From Nocardioidaceae bacterium (lineage in GTDB: Bacteria; Actinomycetota; Actinomycetes; Propionibacteriales; Nocardioidaceae): a stretch of 64,000 bases of DNA. The notes below the pieces were generated by a model. The model did not search any database. It was not told the DNA's origin and saw nothing but the letters and a program-made list of their open reading frames with translations. Where the stretch lies: contig DASSVD010000236.1 in NCBI GenBank assembly GCA_035706365.1, positions 1,526-65,525 on the forward strand, written 5' to 3'. A program made the translations under genes and the position numbers. Positions 13,410-23,284 of the stretch are shown in pieces. Position 1 is the first letter of the stretch. Each line of letters opens with the position of its first letter.

Positions 13410-16400
13410 TCACCCGACGTCGAGCAGCGCCCGGACGTCCTCGGCGCCCAGCGGGACGCCGGCCCCCTCGCCATCGCCGACGACCCGGTTGAACAGTGCC
13501 GCCTTGCGCTCCTTGAGCTCCATCACCTTCTCCTCGATGGTGCCGCTGGAGACCATCCGGTAGACCATCACCGGTCGGTCCTGTCCGATCCGGTGCGTGC
13601 GGTCGACGGCCTGCGCCTCGACGGCGGGGTTCCACCACGGGTCGAGCACGAAGCAGTAGTCCGCCTCGGTGAGGGTCAGTCCCACGCCGCCGGCCTTCAG
13701 GCTGATCAGGAAGACCGGTGCGTCGCCCTGCTTGAACGCCTCCACGACCTCGCCGCGGCGGCGGGTCCGCCCGTCGAGATAGCTGGAGGCGATGCCCTCT
13801 CGGTCCAGACGCGCCCGCACCCGCCGCAGGAAGGAGGTGAACTGGCTGAACACCAGGGCTCGGTGCCCCTCGGCGGCGAGCTCGTGCAGGTGGTCCACCA
13901 GCACGTCGACCTTGGCCGCGGTCGTTCCGTCGTACTTCTCGTCGACCAGCGCGGCGTCCAGGCTGAGCTGACGCAGCCGGGTCAGCGACCGGAAGATCGC
14001 GATCCGGTTCTTGTCGAAGTCCTGCACCAGGCCGAGGATGGTCTGCCGCTCGCGTTGCAGGTGGGTGTCGTAGATGCGGCGGTGCCGCGGGGTGAGCGCC
14101 ACCTCGAGCACCTGCTCCTGCTTGGCGGGCAGGTCGCTGGCCACGAGGTCCTTGGTGCGGCGCAGCAGGAACGGCCGGATGCGGCGCCGGAAGGCCTCCA
14201 GCGCCTGGGTGTCGCCCTCCTTCTCGACCGGGTTAGCGACCAGCTCGGCGAAGCGCCGCGGCCAGGGGTAGAGGCCCGGCGCCACCACGGAGAGCAGGGA
14301 CCACAGCTCCATCAGCCGGTTCTCCATCGGAGTCCCGCTCAGCGCCAGCCGGAACGGAACGTCGAGGCGTCGCACCGCCTGGTAGGTCTTGCTCTGGTGG
14401 TTCTTGATGGTCTGCGCCTCGTCGAGCACGAGCCCGCCCCAGCTGCGTGCGGCGTACGCCTCGATCTCGAGCCGGTAGAGGGTGTAGGAGGTGATCACCA
14501 CGTCGGCGTCGGCGGCCTCCTCGTCGATGCTGGTTCCTCGACGCGCCTGGGACTCCGTGATGGTGCGCACCACCAGCCCCGGCGTGAACGTCGCCGCCTC
14601 CCCGGCCCAGGTGCCGACCACGCTGGTGGGCGCGACCACCAGGAACGGTGCGGCTCCACCCTCGCGGGCGTGCGCGACCAGCGCGAGCGTCTGCAGGGTC
14701 TTGCCCAGCCCCATGTCGTCGGCGAGGATCCCGCCCAGCCGGCACTGCCAGAGGTAGGCCAACCAGCGGAAGCCCTGCAGCTGGTAGGGCCGCAGCTCGG
14801 CCTTCAACCCGACCGGGTCGGCCTCGGGCAGGGTGTCCAGCCCGCGCAGCGCCCGTGCCGCCTCCACCCACTGCGCCGCCTGGGCGTCCACGATGCCGAC
14901 CTCGGCGAGCTCGTCCCACAGGCCGAGATCGTGGTGGCTGACCCGGACGCCGTCGTCGGGCTGCTCGTGCAGCTGCCCTGCTGCGTCGACCAGCCGGGCC
15001 AGGTCGGCGAACTCCGGCCGGTCGAGCCGGATGTGCACGCCGCTGCGCAGGACGAGACGGTCCTTTCCCAGGGTGAGCGCCTGCAGCAGGTGGGCGAGCG
15101 CGACGAACTGCCCGTCGACGCTGACCACCACCTCGAGGTCGAGCCAGTCGGTGCGGGCGTCGACCGGCGTGGCCGGATCATCCTCGCCGCTGACACCGGG
15201 CTCTCCCGGCTCCGCACCTTCCTCGGCGCCGTGGGGCTCGCCGGACTCCCGGGAGTCCTGGTGCCGGCTGCGGAACCGGATCACCGGCTGCCCCGCCGCC
15301 TCCCGGTAGTCGGGCTGGTCGCCGATCTCGTCGACCTCGACCTGGTCGCGCAACCCGGGCAGGACGTCCTCGGCGAAGGCGACGGCGCCGCCGTCCCGGA
15401 AGGTGCGCTCGGGCTCGAGACCCAGGTCGCGGCTGCGCCCGCGGCACAGGTGGTGCTGCTGCTCGGCGTCGAGATCCAGGACGTCCAGCAGGCGCCGTTC
15501 GAGCTCGGGGCGGCGGATGCCGCGCAGACCGCGGGTCTCCTCCAGCGCGTAGACCCGGTCGTCGGTGCCGACCCGGTAGCGGAACGACCAGGCCACCCGC
15601 ACCTCGTCGGCGGCGACCCAGTGCACGGTCAGCGCGAGACGCGGTGTCACCGGGTCGGGCAGCGGGACCGAGGCGTCGGAGGAGATCACCGGCACGTGAC
15701 GCTGCAGGCGAGGCAGGTAGTCGGCGACCAGCTGCTGGCGGTCCTCGGGCGGGACGACGAGCAGCTCGGGGCGCTGCAGCAGGCGACGCACCTGCCCGGC
15801 CACCGGGGCCGTCAGCGGGGCGAGGGTGACCTCCCAGCCGCGCTCGCCCTCCAGCCAGAGCGCGACGCCGTGGCCAGCGGTGCCGAGGAGCTCCATCTCG
15901 GCAGGCCCGAACCACTGGTCGTCGTAGGGCACGCCGAGCCGTAGGTGCGCGTCACCGTCGGAGGTGGCGTTGACGTCGAGCTGCACCGTCACCGGCTCCG
16001 CACTGACGGTGAGCGCCTCCAGCCCCTTGTCCGCCAGCAGCGGCATGCCGGTCTCCTGGAGCCGCCGCAGCAGCGGCCACAGCCCCGAGCCGAAGGCTCC
16101 GAGCGGCAGGTGGGTCTCCGAGCCGAAGTAGCCGCCGCCGGAGGCGGAACGGAACGCGGTCAGCAGCTCGGCGAGCACCTCGAGCTGGCGGGGCGGGTGC
16201 TGCGGGGTCCGGCTGTAGTGGGCGGCGTAGGGGACCTGCTGCCACGAGATGCCGGTGCGCACCCAGTTGTCCCGCGCCCCGCGCTGGACCGGCCGCATCC
16301 GCAGGGTGCCGCGCGCGGACGCACCTGACGCCGTGGCCCACCGCGCCCGCGGTGGGGGCTTGAGGTCGAACTGCAGTCCCAGCGGCTTCAACCCGGCCGG

Positions 16401-16796
16401 CTCGACCGTGCCGGCCGCCTCGTCCAGCTCGTCGAGCAGGCTGCCGAGCTGACGCTCCCAGGGGCGGGTGCCGTCCTGGCCGGTCTCCTGCTGCTGCCGC
16501 TCGCGCACCGTGAGCAGCAGCGCCAGCGCGTGCTTGCAGCCCTCCGCCACCGGGCAGCTGCACCGGCTGTAGACCCAGGTGCCGTCCTCGATGCCGACGC
16601 TGACGTAGGTGGAGTACGGCACGCCGGCGCTGCCCTCGACGGTGCCGCGGACGTCCAGGTCACCCTCGGCGTCGACCGCGTGCGAGCAGCCGAGCACCCG
16701 GCCGTGGGCGACGTACTCGACCGCCCGGTCGAAGGTGGGCGCGCCGAACCGACGCCGCAGCTCTGCGTCGTCGAGCACCAGGAAGAGGTCCACCAT
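13410..16796 (-). CDS. SWIM zinc-finger SNF2-family helicase
   Basis: CSCPVAEGCKH (SWIM), GILADDMGLGKT, LDEAQ, SLKAGGVGL and DRTHRIGQ motifs. TAGGGT -10 box 7 nt before ATG 16796. Confidence 0.93.
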   Translation of the reverse strand: MVDLFLVLDDAELRRRFGAPTFDRAVEYVAHGRVLGCSHAVDAEGDLDVRGTVEGSAGVPYSTYVSVGIEDGTWVYSRCSCPVAEGCKHALALLLTVRERQQQETGQDGTRPWERQLGSLLDELDEAAGTVEPAGLKPLGLQFDLKPPPRARWATASGASARGTLRMRPVQRGARDNWVRTGISWQQVPYAAHYSRTPQHPPRQLEVLAELLTAFRSASGGGYFGSETHLPLGAFGSGLWPLLRRLQETGMPLLADKGLEALTVSAEPVTVQLDVNATSDGDAHLRLGVPYDDQWFGPAEMELLGTAGHGVALWLEGERGWEVTLAPLTAPVAGQVRRLLQRPELLVVPPEDRQQLVADYLPRLQRHVPVISSDASVPLPDPVTPRLALTVHWVAADEVRVAWSFRYRVGTDDRVYALEETRGLRGIRRPELERRLLDVLDLDAEQQHHLCRGRSRDLGLEPERTFRDGGAVAFAEDVLPGLRDQVEVDEIGDQPDYREAAGQPVIRFRSRHQDSRESGEPHGAEEGAEPGEPGVSGEDDPATPVDARTDWLDLEVVVSVDGQFVALAHLLQALTLGKDRLVLRSGVHIRLDRPEFADLARLVDAAGQLHEQPDDGVRVSHHDLGLWDELAEVGIVDAQAAQWVEAARALRGLDTLPEADPVGLKAELRPYQLQGFRWLAYLWQCRLGGILADDMGLGKTLQTLALVAHAREGGAAPFLVVAPTSVVGTWAGEAATFTPGLVVRTITESQARRGTSIDEEAADADVVITSYTLYRLEIEAYAARSWGGLVLDEAQTIKNHQSKTYQAVRRLDVPFRLALSGTPMENRLMELWSLLSVVAPGLYPWPRRFAELVANPVEKEGDTQALEAFRRRIRPFLLRRTKDLVASDLPAKQEQVLEVALTPRHRRIYDTHLQRERQTILGLVQDFDKNRIAIFRSLTRLRQLSLDAALVDEKYDGTTAAKVDVLVDHLHELAAEGHRALVFSQFTSFLRRVRARLDREGIASSYLDGRTRRRGEVVEAFKQGDAPVFLISLKAGGVGLTLTEADYCFVLDPWWNPAVEAQAVDRTHRIGQDRPVMVYRMVSSGTIEEKVMELKERKAALFNRVVGDGEGAGVPLGAEDVRALLDVG

Positions 16797-16892
16797 GGGC
16801 ACGACCCTACGGTCAGGCGGGGACAGTTCGCGCCGCCGCGCCCGTCGCCTGTGGACACCACACCGGACTCATCCGTCACGTAAAGTTCGTCC

Positions 16893-19800
16893 ATGCACCC
16901 ACGTCGCACCGGTATCCGCCGTGCCGCCCGCGCTGTCGCCCTCACTACCGCGCTCGCCACGGGTCTCGGGCTGGGCCCGACGACGACGGCCAGCGCCACG
17001 GACGGTACGCCGCCGGCGCCGGTCGAGCAGGACGCCCCGCGGCACAGCTCGGACCTGCGCGAGGCGACCGTCGCGGCCCCCCGCGTCGGCACGTCGGCCT
17101 CGTTCACCGTCGACCAGGACACCGTTCCGGTCGCGCCCGGGCTGGACCTGACCAGCTTCGACCGCTACGACGCGCGCGGCTGGATCCGGGTGGACGCGCT
17201 GCGCGCCCGACTCTCGACCCCGGGGCTCAAGCTGCGCTACCTCTCCCCCGGGAAGGTCACCAGCCGTGCCCCGCTGAGCCGCTCCTTGCAGCGCGCGCAC
17301 GGTGTCGCCGGCGTCAACGCCGACTTCTTCGACATCACCGACACCGGCGCCCCGCGCGGGGTCGGAGTCGACCGGCGCCACGGCCTGCTGCACGCCCCTG
17401 CCTCGGACTGGAACCACACGTTCAGCGTGGACAAGCGCGGCGTGGCCACCATCGCCCGCAGCTTCCTGGAGGCCCGGGTGGTGCGCACGGGCCGCCGGGC
17501 GATCCCGGTGAGCAACCTGAACTCGCCCACCCTCGCCCCTGGAGGGGTCGGCATCTACACGCACCTGTGGGGCGCCACCAGCCGAGCCCGAGTGATCCCC
17601 GGGTCCGGCAAGACCCGTGCGGTCGTCGTGCGCGGCGGCCGGGTCCGCGACAAGCGGGTGCACCTGCGCGCGGGTGCCATCCCCCGTGGGACCACCCTGC
17701 TGGTCGGTCACGGCGCCGGCGCCCGCAAGCTCGGTCAGCTGCGCCGCGGTCAGCGCGTCGGTGTCGAGTACGGCCTGGACCGGGACGCCGTGGTCGCGGT
17801 CGGCGGAAGCGACTTCCTGGTCCAGCGTGGCAAGGTGGTGGCTCCCGCCGACCCGGCCATGCACCCCCGCACCGCGGTCGGCATCGACCGCGACAGCGGC
17901 GAGGTCCTGATCGTCACCGTCGACGGCCGGCAGGCCACCAGCCGGGGCCTGACGCTGCGCGAGACCGGTGCGCTGATGCGGCAGCTGGGCGCGGAGACCG
18001 CGCTGAACCTCGACGGTGGCGGCTCCTCGACGATGCTGGCCCGCGAGTCCGGCGAGCCGGTTCAGGTGGTCAACTCGCCCTCGGACGGTCACCTGCGCAG
18101 CGTGCCCAACGGCCTGGGCTTCTCCTTCGCGAAGGGCTCGGGGCGGCTCCGCGGCCTCCGCCTCGAGCCTGCCGCGGACCTGCCGGACTCCCATCGCGTC
18201 CTGCGCGGGCTCTCCCGGGTGCTGGTGGCGCGCGGCCACGACGAGAGCTACGCCCCGGTGCGGGCGCGCCCGCGGTGGGACGGGTCGGCGCGAGTGAAGG
18301 CGCCCGGTGGGCGGCGTACCAAGGCGATCGTGGTGGGCACCCGGACCGGCGCCGGGACGGTCACCGCTCGCGCCGGTGGCGTCCGTGGCCGCTTCACGTT
18401 GCACGTCCTCGGCCGCGTCCACCGCCTGGAGACGAGCGTGGCCTCGCTGGCCCTGCCCGGACGCGGGTCGCGTGGCAGCTTCGAGGTGCGCGGGTACGAC
18501 GCCCGCGGCTTCGGCACCTGGATCGCCCCGCGCGACGTGCAGCTGCACTATGACCACGACAAGCTGCGGGTCCGCCGTACCGGCCGGGGGCTCACCGTGA
18601 CCGCGCTCAAGCGGTCCACGTCCGACGCGGTGCGGGTGCGCGTCGGGGGCCGCACCACCTATGTGGGCGTGACCGCCGGGCTCGCCCGCGACCTGGTGCA
18701 CCGCCTCAACGGCCGCGCCGGCTGGGAGGTCTCGGCGCGCCCGAAGCGCTCGGACGCGGCGCTGCGCCTGGTGCGTGCCCGCAAGGGACGCGCCGGGAAG
18801 GCGCTGGCGCTGCGCTACACCTTGCGTGGCGCCGGCGAGCGATCGGCGTACCTCTCCGCGACGACGCCGATCCGGCTTCCCGCGCGGGCCCGGCGGATCG
18901 GTCTGTGGGTTCGCGGCGACGGCCACGGCGGGTGGCTGCGGATGAACCTCGCCGACGCCAGCGGTGCACGGGCCACGGTCAACCTCGCCTCGCGCGTGAC
19001 GTGGAAGGGATGGCGCTTCCTCACCGTCGCCGTGCCCGCCGAGCTGGCCCAACCGTTGAGCTTGCGCGAGGTGTACCTGGTGCAGACCCGCCACCAGAAG
19101 AGGTACGCCGGCACCGTCGCCTTCGACGACCTCACCGTCTTCACCGAGCGCGTCCCGCACGTGCCGCAGACGCCGTTGCCGCGCGACCCGATGGTCGTGG
19201 ACGACCCGACCGGCGACGACGGCGCCGGCCGCGGAGGCCTGCGCGTCGCCGTGGTGGCCGACGCCGAGATCGTGGGCGGCCACCCGCGCAGCGGCGCGGT
19301 CCAGCGGCTGCGCCGGGTGCTGCGGGAGGCCGTCGCGGCAAGGCCCGACCTGGTCCTGGTCAACGGCGACCTGGTCGGCCGCAGCCGGGCGCGCGACTTC
19401 GCGTTGGCCGAGCGGGTGCTGGACCAGGAGCTGGGCGAGGTGCCGTGGCGCTACCTGCCCGGCGACGACGAGGTCAACGCCGGCACGCTGTCGCACTACC
19501 GGGCCCGGTTCGGTCCGCCGGTGCGCACCGTCGACCGGGCGGGGACCCGTTTCGTGTTGCTGAACTCCTCGCGCGGCACGTTCCGACTGGGCGGGTTCGG
19601 CCAGCTGGTGCAGCTGCGGCGCCAGCTCGACCGGGCCGCGAAGGACGCGTCGATCCGCTCGGTCGTGGTGGTCGCGCACCACCCCACCAGCGACCCGGAC
19701 GCCGGCGGCAACGCCGAGATCACCGACCCGCGCGAAGGCGCCCTGGTCGAGGACCTGCTCGCCGGCTTCCGCGCGGACAGCGGCAAGCAGGTCGCCTACG

Positions 19801-20261
19801 TCGGCGCGCACGCGCGACAGTTCGGGCTGAGCCGAACCGACGACGTGCCGCACGTGCTGGCCGGACCGGTCAACGCCGCGGCCCGCGGCGACGGCGGCTT
19901 CGCCGGGTGGACCCTGCTGCGGATCGGCGCGGACGAGGAGCCGTGGCTGCGCGCGGAGTTCCGGCCGCTCGCCGACGCGGTGACGGTGCGTGCGCCCGCC
20001 CGGCTCGCTCCCGGCAGCTCCCGCGCGGTCTCGGTGAGCGTGAGGCAACCGCAGCGCCGGGTGCGCGCGGGTTACCCGATGCCGGTGGCCTGGGTCTCGT
20101 CGCGGACGCTGTACGTCGGGCGTCCCGGGGCGGCGCCGTCCGCGGCGGTCGCGGCGTACAACCCGCGCACCGGCACGCTGACCGCCCTGCGCACCGGCCA
20201 CACCCGGCTGAAGGTTCGCGTCAACGGCGTCGAGGCGGTGCACGACCTGAACGTCACCTGA
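16893..20261 (+). CDS. Secreted phosphodiester glycosidase (NAGPA-like) fused to a metallophosphoesterase-like domain
   Basis: Signal peptide; GVNADFF, HPRTAVG and ALNLDGGGSS motifs; later NGDL and AHHP. TAAAGT -10 box 6 nt before ATG. Confidence 0.82.
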   Translation: MHPRRTGIRRAARAVALTTALATGLGLGPTTTASATDGTPPAPVEQDAPRHSSDLREATVAAPRVGTSASFTVDQDTVPVAPGLDLTSFDRYDARGWIRVDALRARLSTPGLKLRYLSPGKVTSRAPLSRSLQRAHGVAGVNADFFDITDTGAPRGVGVDRRHGLLHAPASDWNHTFSVDKRGVATIARSFLEARVVRTGRRAIPVSNLNSPTLAPGGVGIYTHLWGATSRARVIPGSGKTRAVVVRGGRVRDKRVHLRAGAIPRGTTLLVGHGAGARKLGQLRRGQRVGVEYGLDRDAVVAVGGSDFLVQRGKVVAPADPAMHPRTAVGIDRDSGEVLIVTVDGRQATSRGLTLRETGALMRQLGAETALNLDGGGSSTMLARESGEPVQVVNSPSDGHLRSVPNGLGFSFAKGSGRLRGLRLEPAADLPDSHRVLRGLSRVLVARGHDESYAPVRARPRWDGSARVKAPGGRRTKAIVVGTRTGAGTVTARAGGVRGRFTLHVLGRVHRLETSVASLALPGRGSRGSFEVRGYDARGFGTWIAPRDVQLHYDHDKLRVRRTGRGLTVTALKRSTSDAVRVRVGGRTTYVGVTAGLARDLVHRLNGRAGWEVSARPKRSDAALRLVRARKGRAGKALALRYTLRGAGERSAYLSATTPIRLPARARRIGLWVRGDGHGGWLRMNLADASGARATVNLASRVTWKGWRFLTVAVPAELAQPLSLREVYLVQTRHQKRYAGTVAFDDLTVFTERVPHVPQTPLPRDPMVVDDPTGDDGAGRGGLRVAVVADAEIVGGHPRSGAVQRLRRVLREAVAARPDLVLVNGDLVGRSRARDFALAERVLDQELGEVPWRYLPGDDEVNAGTLSHYRARFGPPVRTVDRAGTRFVLLNSSRGTFRLGGFGQLVQLRRQLDRAAKDASIRSVVVVAHHPTSDPDAGGNAEITDPREGALVEDLLAGFRADSGKQVAYVGAHARQFGLSRTDDVPHVLAGPVNAAARGDGGFAGWTLLRIGADEEPWLRAEFRPLADAVTVRAPARLAPGSSRAVSVSVRQPQRRVRAGYPMPVAWVSSRTLYVGRPGAAPSAAVAAYNPRTGTLTALRTGHTRLKVRVNGVEAVHDLNVT

Positions 20262-20314
20262 CCTGCACTGACCGACGCGGGACCTGCAACGCGGACGCCA
20301 GAGCCGGCTGCGGC

Positions 20315-21043
20315 TCAGCCGTAGCGGGCGACGAAGTTCTCCAGGATCCGCGGCGGTTCGCTGACGCGGGCTCGGTGTAGCCGGGCGACCACCTCGTCGA
20401 GCTCGGCGGGCGGGAAGTAGCCGGCGTGCCGGTAGACCCGGACGCGGGTGATGATGCCGTCGCGGTCGAGTTCGGGGTGGAACTGGGTGGCGTACAGGTT
20501 GGTGCGCACCCGGAACATCTGCACCGGGCACGTCGCCGACCCGGCCAGCAGCGTGGCCGCGGGGGGCAGCACCCGGCAGGCCTCCTTGTGTCCGACGAAC
20601 GCGTCGAACTCCTCGGGCAGTCCGTCCAGCAGCGGGTCCTTGCGCCCGTCGTCGCTCAGCCGGACGGCCACCGCCCCGATCGGCTCCGCGTAGCGGGAGT
20701 CCACGACCGCGCCCTGGTGGACCCCCAGCGTGCCCACCCCGTAGCAGGCGCCGAGGAAGGGGAAGTCGCGGGCGACGATCTGGTGCAGCAGCCCGCGCAG
20801 CTCTGCCTCCACCCGGCGCTGGTCGGCCGACTTGGTCTCCTCGGGGTCGCTGGAGTTGTAGGGGCCGCCGCCGACCAGGACGCCGGCGTAGCGGTCGAGG
20901 TCGATCGGGGGCAGTGGGCCGGCCTCCATCCGGACCCGGTGCAACCGTCCCTCGGGCAGTCCGGTGGCGCGCAGGAACGCGGCGTACTCCTCGTCGGCGG
21001 CCTCGTCCTCGGCGCGCGAGGCCAGCAGCAGGAACGGCTTCAC
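20315..21043 (-). CDS. Class I glutamine amidotransferase (GMP synthase-like)
   Basis: FLGACYG (catalytic Cys) and QFHPE (His-Glu). Start GTG 21043 or 21049 (VKPFLLLASR). Confidence 0.88.
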   Translation of the reverse strand: MKPFLLLASRAEDEAADEEYAAFLRATGLPEGRLHRVRMEAGPLPPIDLDRYAGVLVGGGPYNSSDPEETKSADQRRVEAELRGLLHQIVARDFPFLGACYGVGTLGVHQGAVVDSRYAEPIGAVAVRLSDDGRKDPLLDGLPEEFDAFVGHKEACRVLPPAATLLAGSATCPVQMFRVRTNLYATQFHPELDRDGIITRVRVYRHAGYFPPAELDEVVARLHRARVSEPPRILENFVARYG

Positions 21044-21107
21044 GCGCACATGCAACCACGCCGGACGCCGGGGGCCGGGCAGCGGATCGCTGCGCCGGGC
21101 GCGCCGG

Positions 21108-21262
21108 TCACTCGAACCGGGCGGCCTTGTAGACCTCCACCAGCTCGCGAGGGACCCGACCGCGGCGGACACGGGCAGGCCGCGCTCGTGGTCCTGGAAC
21201 TCCGCCAACAGGTCGGCGACGCACGCGGAACCACCCGATCGGGCCATCGGCGTCGCCGTCAT
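21108..21262 (-). pseudogene. Frameshifted Lsr2-like DNA-binding-domain mini-gene
   Basis: ATG 21262 frame reads ...DHERGLPVSA; a second frame reads RGRVPRELVEVYKAARFE* (stop 21108-21110). One extra base near 21164 joins them into GLPVSARGRVP...Y.AA. Confidence 0.6.
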
Positions 21263-21282
21263 TTCGCGGTAACGTCCTTTCC

Positions 21283-21879
21283 ATGAATTCGGGGACGCGG
21301 ACCTACCGGCAGACGACGCGGGCACGCGCGACCCGGCAGACCACCGAGCGCGTGCTGCAGGCGGCCCACGACCTGTTCCTGCGCCTGCCCTTCGACCAGG
21401 TCACCTTCAACGCCGTCGCCACCGAGGCGGGTGTCGGCGTGCAGACGGTGATCCGCCGGTTCGGCACCAAGGACGGGCTGGCTCGAGCGGTCGGAGAGTG
21501 GGTCGCGCCGCAGGTCGCCGCGAACCTGGGCGACCCGGTGAGCGGCGACCCCGCGCAGGTCGCGGGGGCCTTCGCACGCCACTACGAGCGGTGGGCGCTG
21601 CTCACCGAGCGGACCCTGCACCAGCAGGACGCCTCCCCGGTCCTCGCCGAGCAGGCCGAGGGCGGTCGTCGGGCTCACCGTGCCTGGGTGGCCGCGGCCT
21701 TCGCCCCTCGCCTGGGGGCACTCGGCCCCGACGCGCGGCGGCAGACCCTCGCCCGCCTGGTCGCGGTGACCGGGGTGGAGCTGTGGCTGGTGCTGCGGCG
21801 CGACGAGGGCCTCGAGCACGACGAGGCCTGCGCCGCCCTGACCGACCTGATCCGCGCCGTCCTTCCGCCCGCACCCTGA
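21283..21879 (+). CDS. TetR/AcrR family regulator
   Basis: VTFNAVATEAGVGVQTVIRRFGTK HTH. TAACGT -10 box 7 nt before ATG. Confidence 0.92.
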   Translation: MNSGTRTYRQTTRARATRQTTERVLQAAHDLFLRLPFDQVTFNAVATEAGVGVQTVIRRFGTKDGLARAVGEWVAPQVAANLGDPVSGDPAQVAGAFARHYERWALLTERTLHQQDASPVLAEQAEGGRRAHRAWVAAAFAPRLGALGPDARRQTLARLVAVTGVELWLVLRRDEGLEHDEACAALTDLIRAVLPPAP

Positions 21880-21933
21880 CCGACTCCTGACCCGATCCAG
21901 CCCGATCAATTCCACCCGCCCGAGAGGCCCCCG

Positions 21934-23190
21934 ATGACCCGCTACCTCGTCTACACCCCGCCCTCACCCGGCCACGTCTTCCCGCTGGTCCCCGGGCTGC
22001 TCGCGCTGTCTGCGCGCGGACACCACGTGGCCGTGCGTACGGCGCCTGACCTGGTGGCGACCCTGCGCGAGGCAGGCCTGGACGCCGCGCCGATCGACCC
22101 GCGGATCGTCGCCGCGCGACGCCCGTCGCCAGGCGCAGCGACCCCGGACAAGCCCGGTGACCTGATGGGGCTGGCCCCCGTCGAGCGTGACGACATCGCC
22201 TCCGCGATCGCGCAGACCCGGGCGCAGGCACTCCTCGTGGACGCGATCACCTACGGGGCCGCCACGCATGCCGAGGCCTCGGGGCTGCCCTGGGCGTTGA
22301 CCATGCCCTCGGTGCTGCCGATGCCGGGGCGGCACATCCCGCCGTACGGCCTGGGGCTGGTGCGGCGCACCGACCTGGCAGGACGGTTGCGTGACCGGGC
22401 GTTGTGGCCGCTTGTCGAGCGTATCTTCGCCCGGTCCATGCTGCCGGGGCTCAACGCCGTACGAGCAGAGTCCGGGCTTCGCGCGCTGCGCAGCCCGCTG
22501 GACCCGCTGGATCGCCCCGATGGCGTCCTGGTGTTGACCCAGGAGCCGCTGGAGTACCCGCGCAGCGACCTGCCCACGCACGTCGAGATCGTCGGCGCGC
22601 AGGTGTGGGACCCGCCGACCGAGCAGCCGGGTTGGCTGGACGAGCCCGGTGACCCCTGGGTGCTGGTGACCTGCTCGACCGACTACCAGGCCGACGAGGC
22701 GCTGGCCCGCGCCGCGGTGGAGGCGCTGCGCGACGAGCCGGTGCGGGTTCTGCTCACGCTGGCCGACGCCTACGACTCGGCCACCCTGCCCGCCGCCTCC
22801 AACGTGCGCGTGGAGCGCTTCGTACCGCACGCGGCGGTGCTGCCGCACGCCGCGGTCGTGGTCTCTACGGCGGGGATGGGCATCGTGCAGAAGGCGATGG
22901 CCTTCGGGGTGCCGGTTGTCGCGGTGCCGTTCGGGCGCGACCAACCCGAGATCGCCCGGCGGGTGCAGTCGGCGGGGCTCGGCGTGCGGCTGCCGGTACG
23001 CCGGCTGACCCCGGATCGGCTGCGTGACGCGGTGCGGGCCGCCCGCGCGATGAGCTCGCAGGTCCGGGCGGTGGCCGCCACGGTCGATCCCGCGGCAAAC
23101 GCCCTCCGGTTCGCCGAGGCCGCGGAACGGTTGTCCACCGACGTCGGGCGCTCCTCGTCGAGTGGTCCGCCGGTCGCGCCGGTCGTCTAG
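21934..23190 (+). CDS. GT1 (MGT/UDP-glycosyltransferase-like) glycosyltransferase
   Basis: PGHVFPLVP and RFVPHAAVLPHA...AGMGIVQKAMAFGVPVVAVPFGRDQ (PSPG-like box). Confidence 0.9.
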   Translation: MTRYLVYTPPSPGHVFPLVPGLLALSARGHHVAVRTAPDLVATLREAGLDAAPIDPRIVAARRPSPGAATPDKPGDLMGLAPVERDDIASAIAQTRAQALLVDAITYGAATHAEASGLPWALTMPSVLPMPGRHIPPYGLGLVRRTDLAGRLRDRALWPLVERIFARSMLPGLNAVRAESGLRALRSPLDPLDRPDGVLVLTQEPLEYPRSDLPTHVEIVGAQVWDPPTEQPGWLDEPGDPWVLVTCSTDYQADEALARAAVEALRDEPVRVLLTLADAYDSATLPAASNVRVERFVPHAAVLPHAAVVVSTAGMGIVQKAMAFGVPVVAVPFGRDQPEIARRVQSAGLGVRLPVRRLTPDRLRDAVRAARAMSSQVRAVAATVDPAANALRFAEAAERLSTDVGRSSSSGPPVAPVV

Positions 23191-23197
23191 CTGGCGC

Positions 23198-23284
23198 GGG
23201 ACATTCGCGACGGGTCGGCGGGGTGCGCTGGGACATTCGCGACGGGTCGGCGGGCTGCGCTGGGACATTCGCGACGGGTCGGGT
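23198..23284 (+). repeat. 32-bp tandem REP-like repeat, family A, about 2.7 copies
   Basis: GGGACATTCGCGACGGGTCGG at 23198, 23230 and 23262. Confidence 0.9.

Noticed and set aside
16869-21059. Very long antisense or alternate-frame ORFs (e.g. 16869..21059, 48978..52388, 57854..61732, 27243..30164)
   Set aside because: They overlap well-supported genes, are R/G/P/A-rich with no motifs, and are expected in high-GC DNA where stop codons are scarce.
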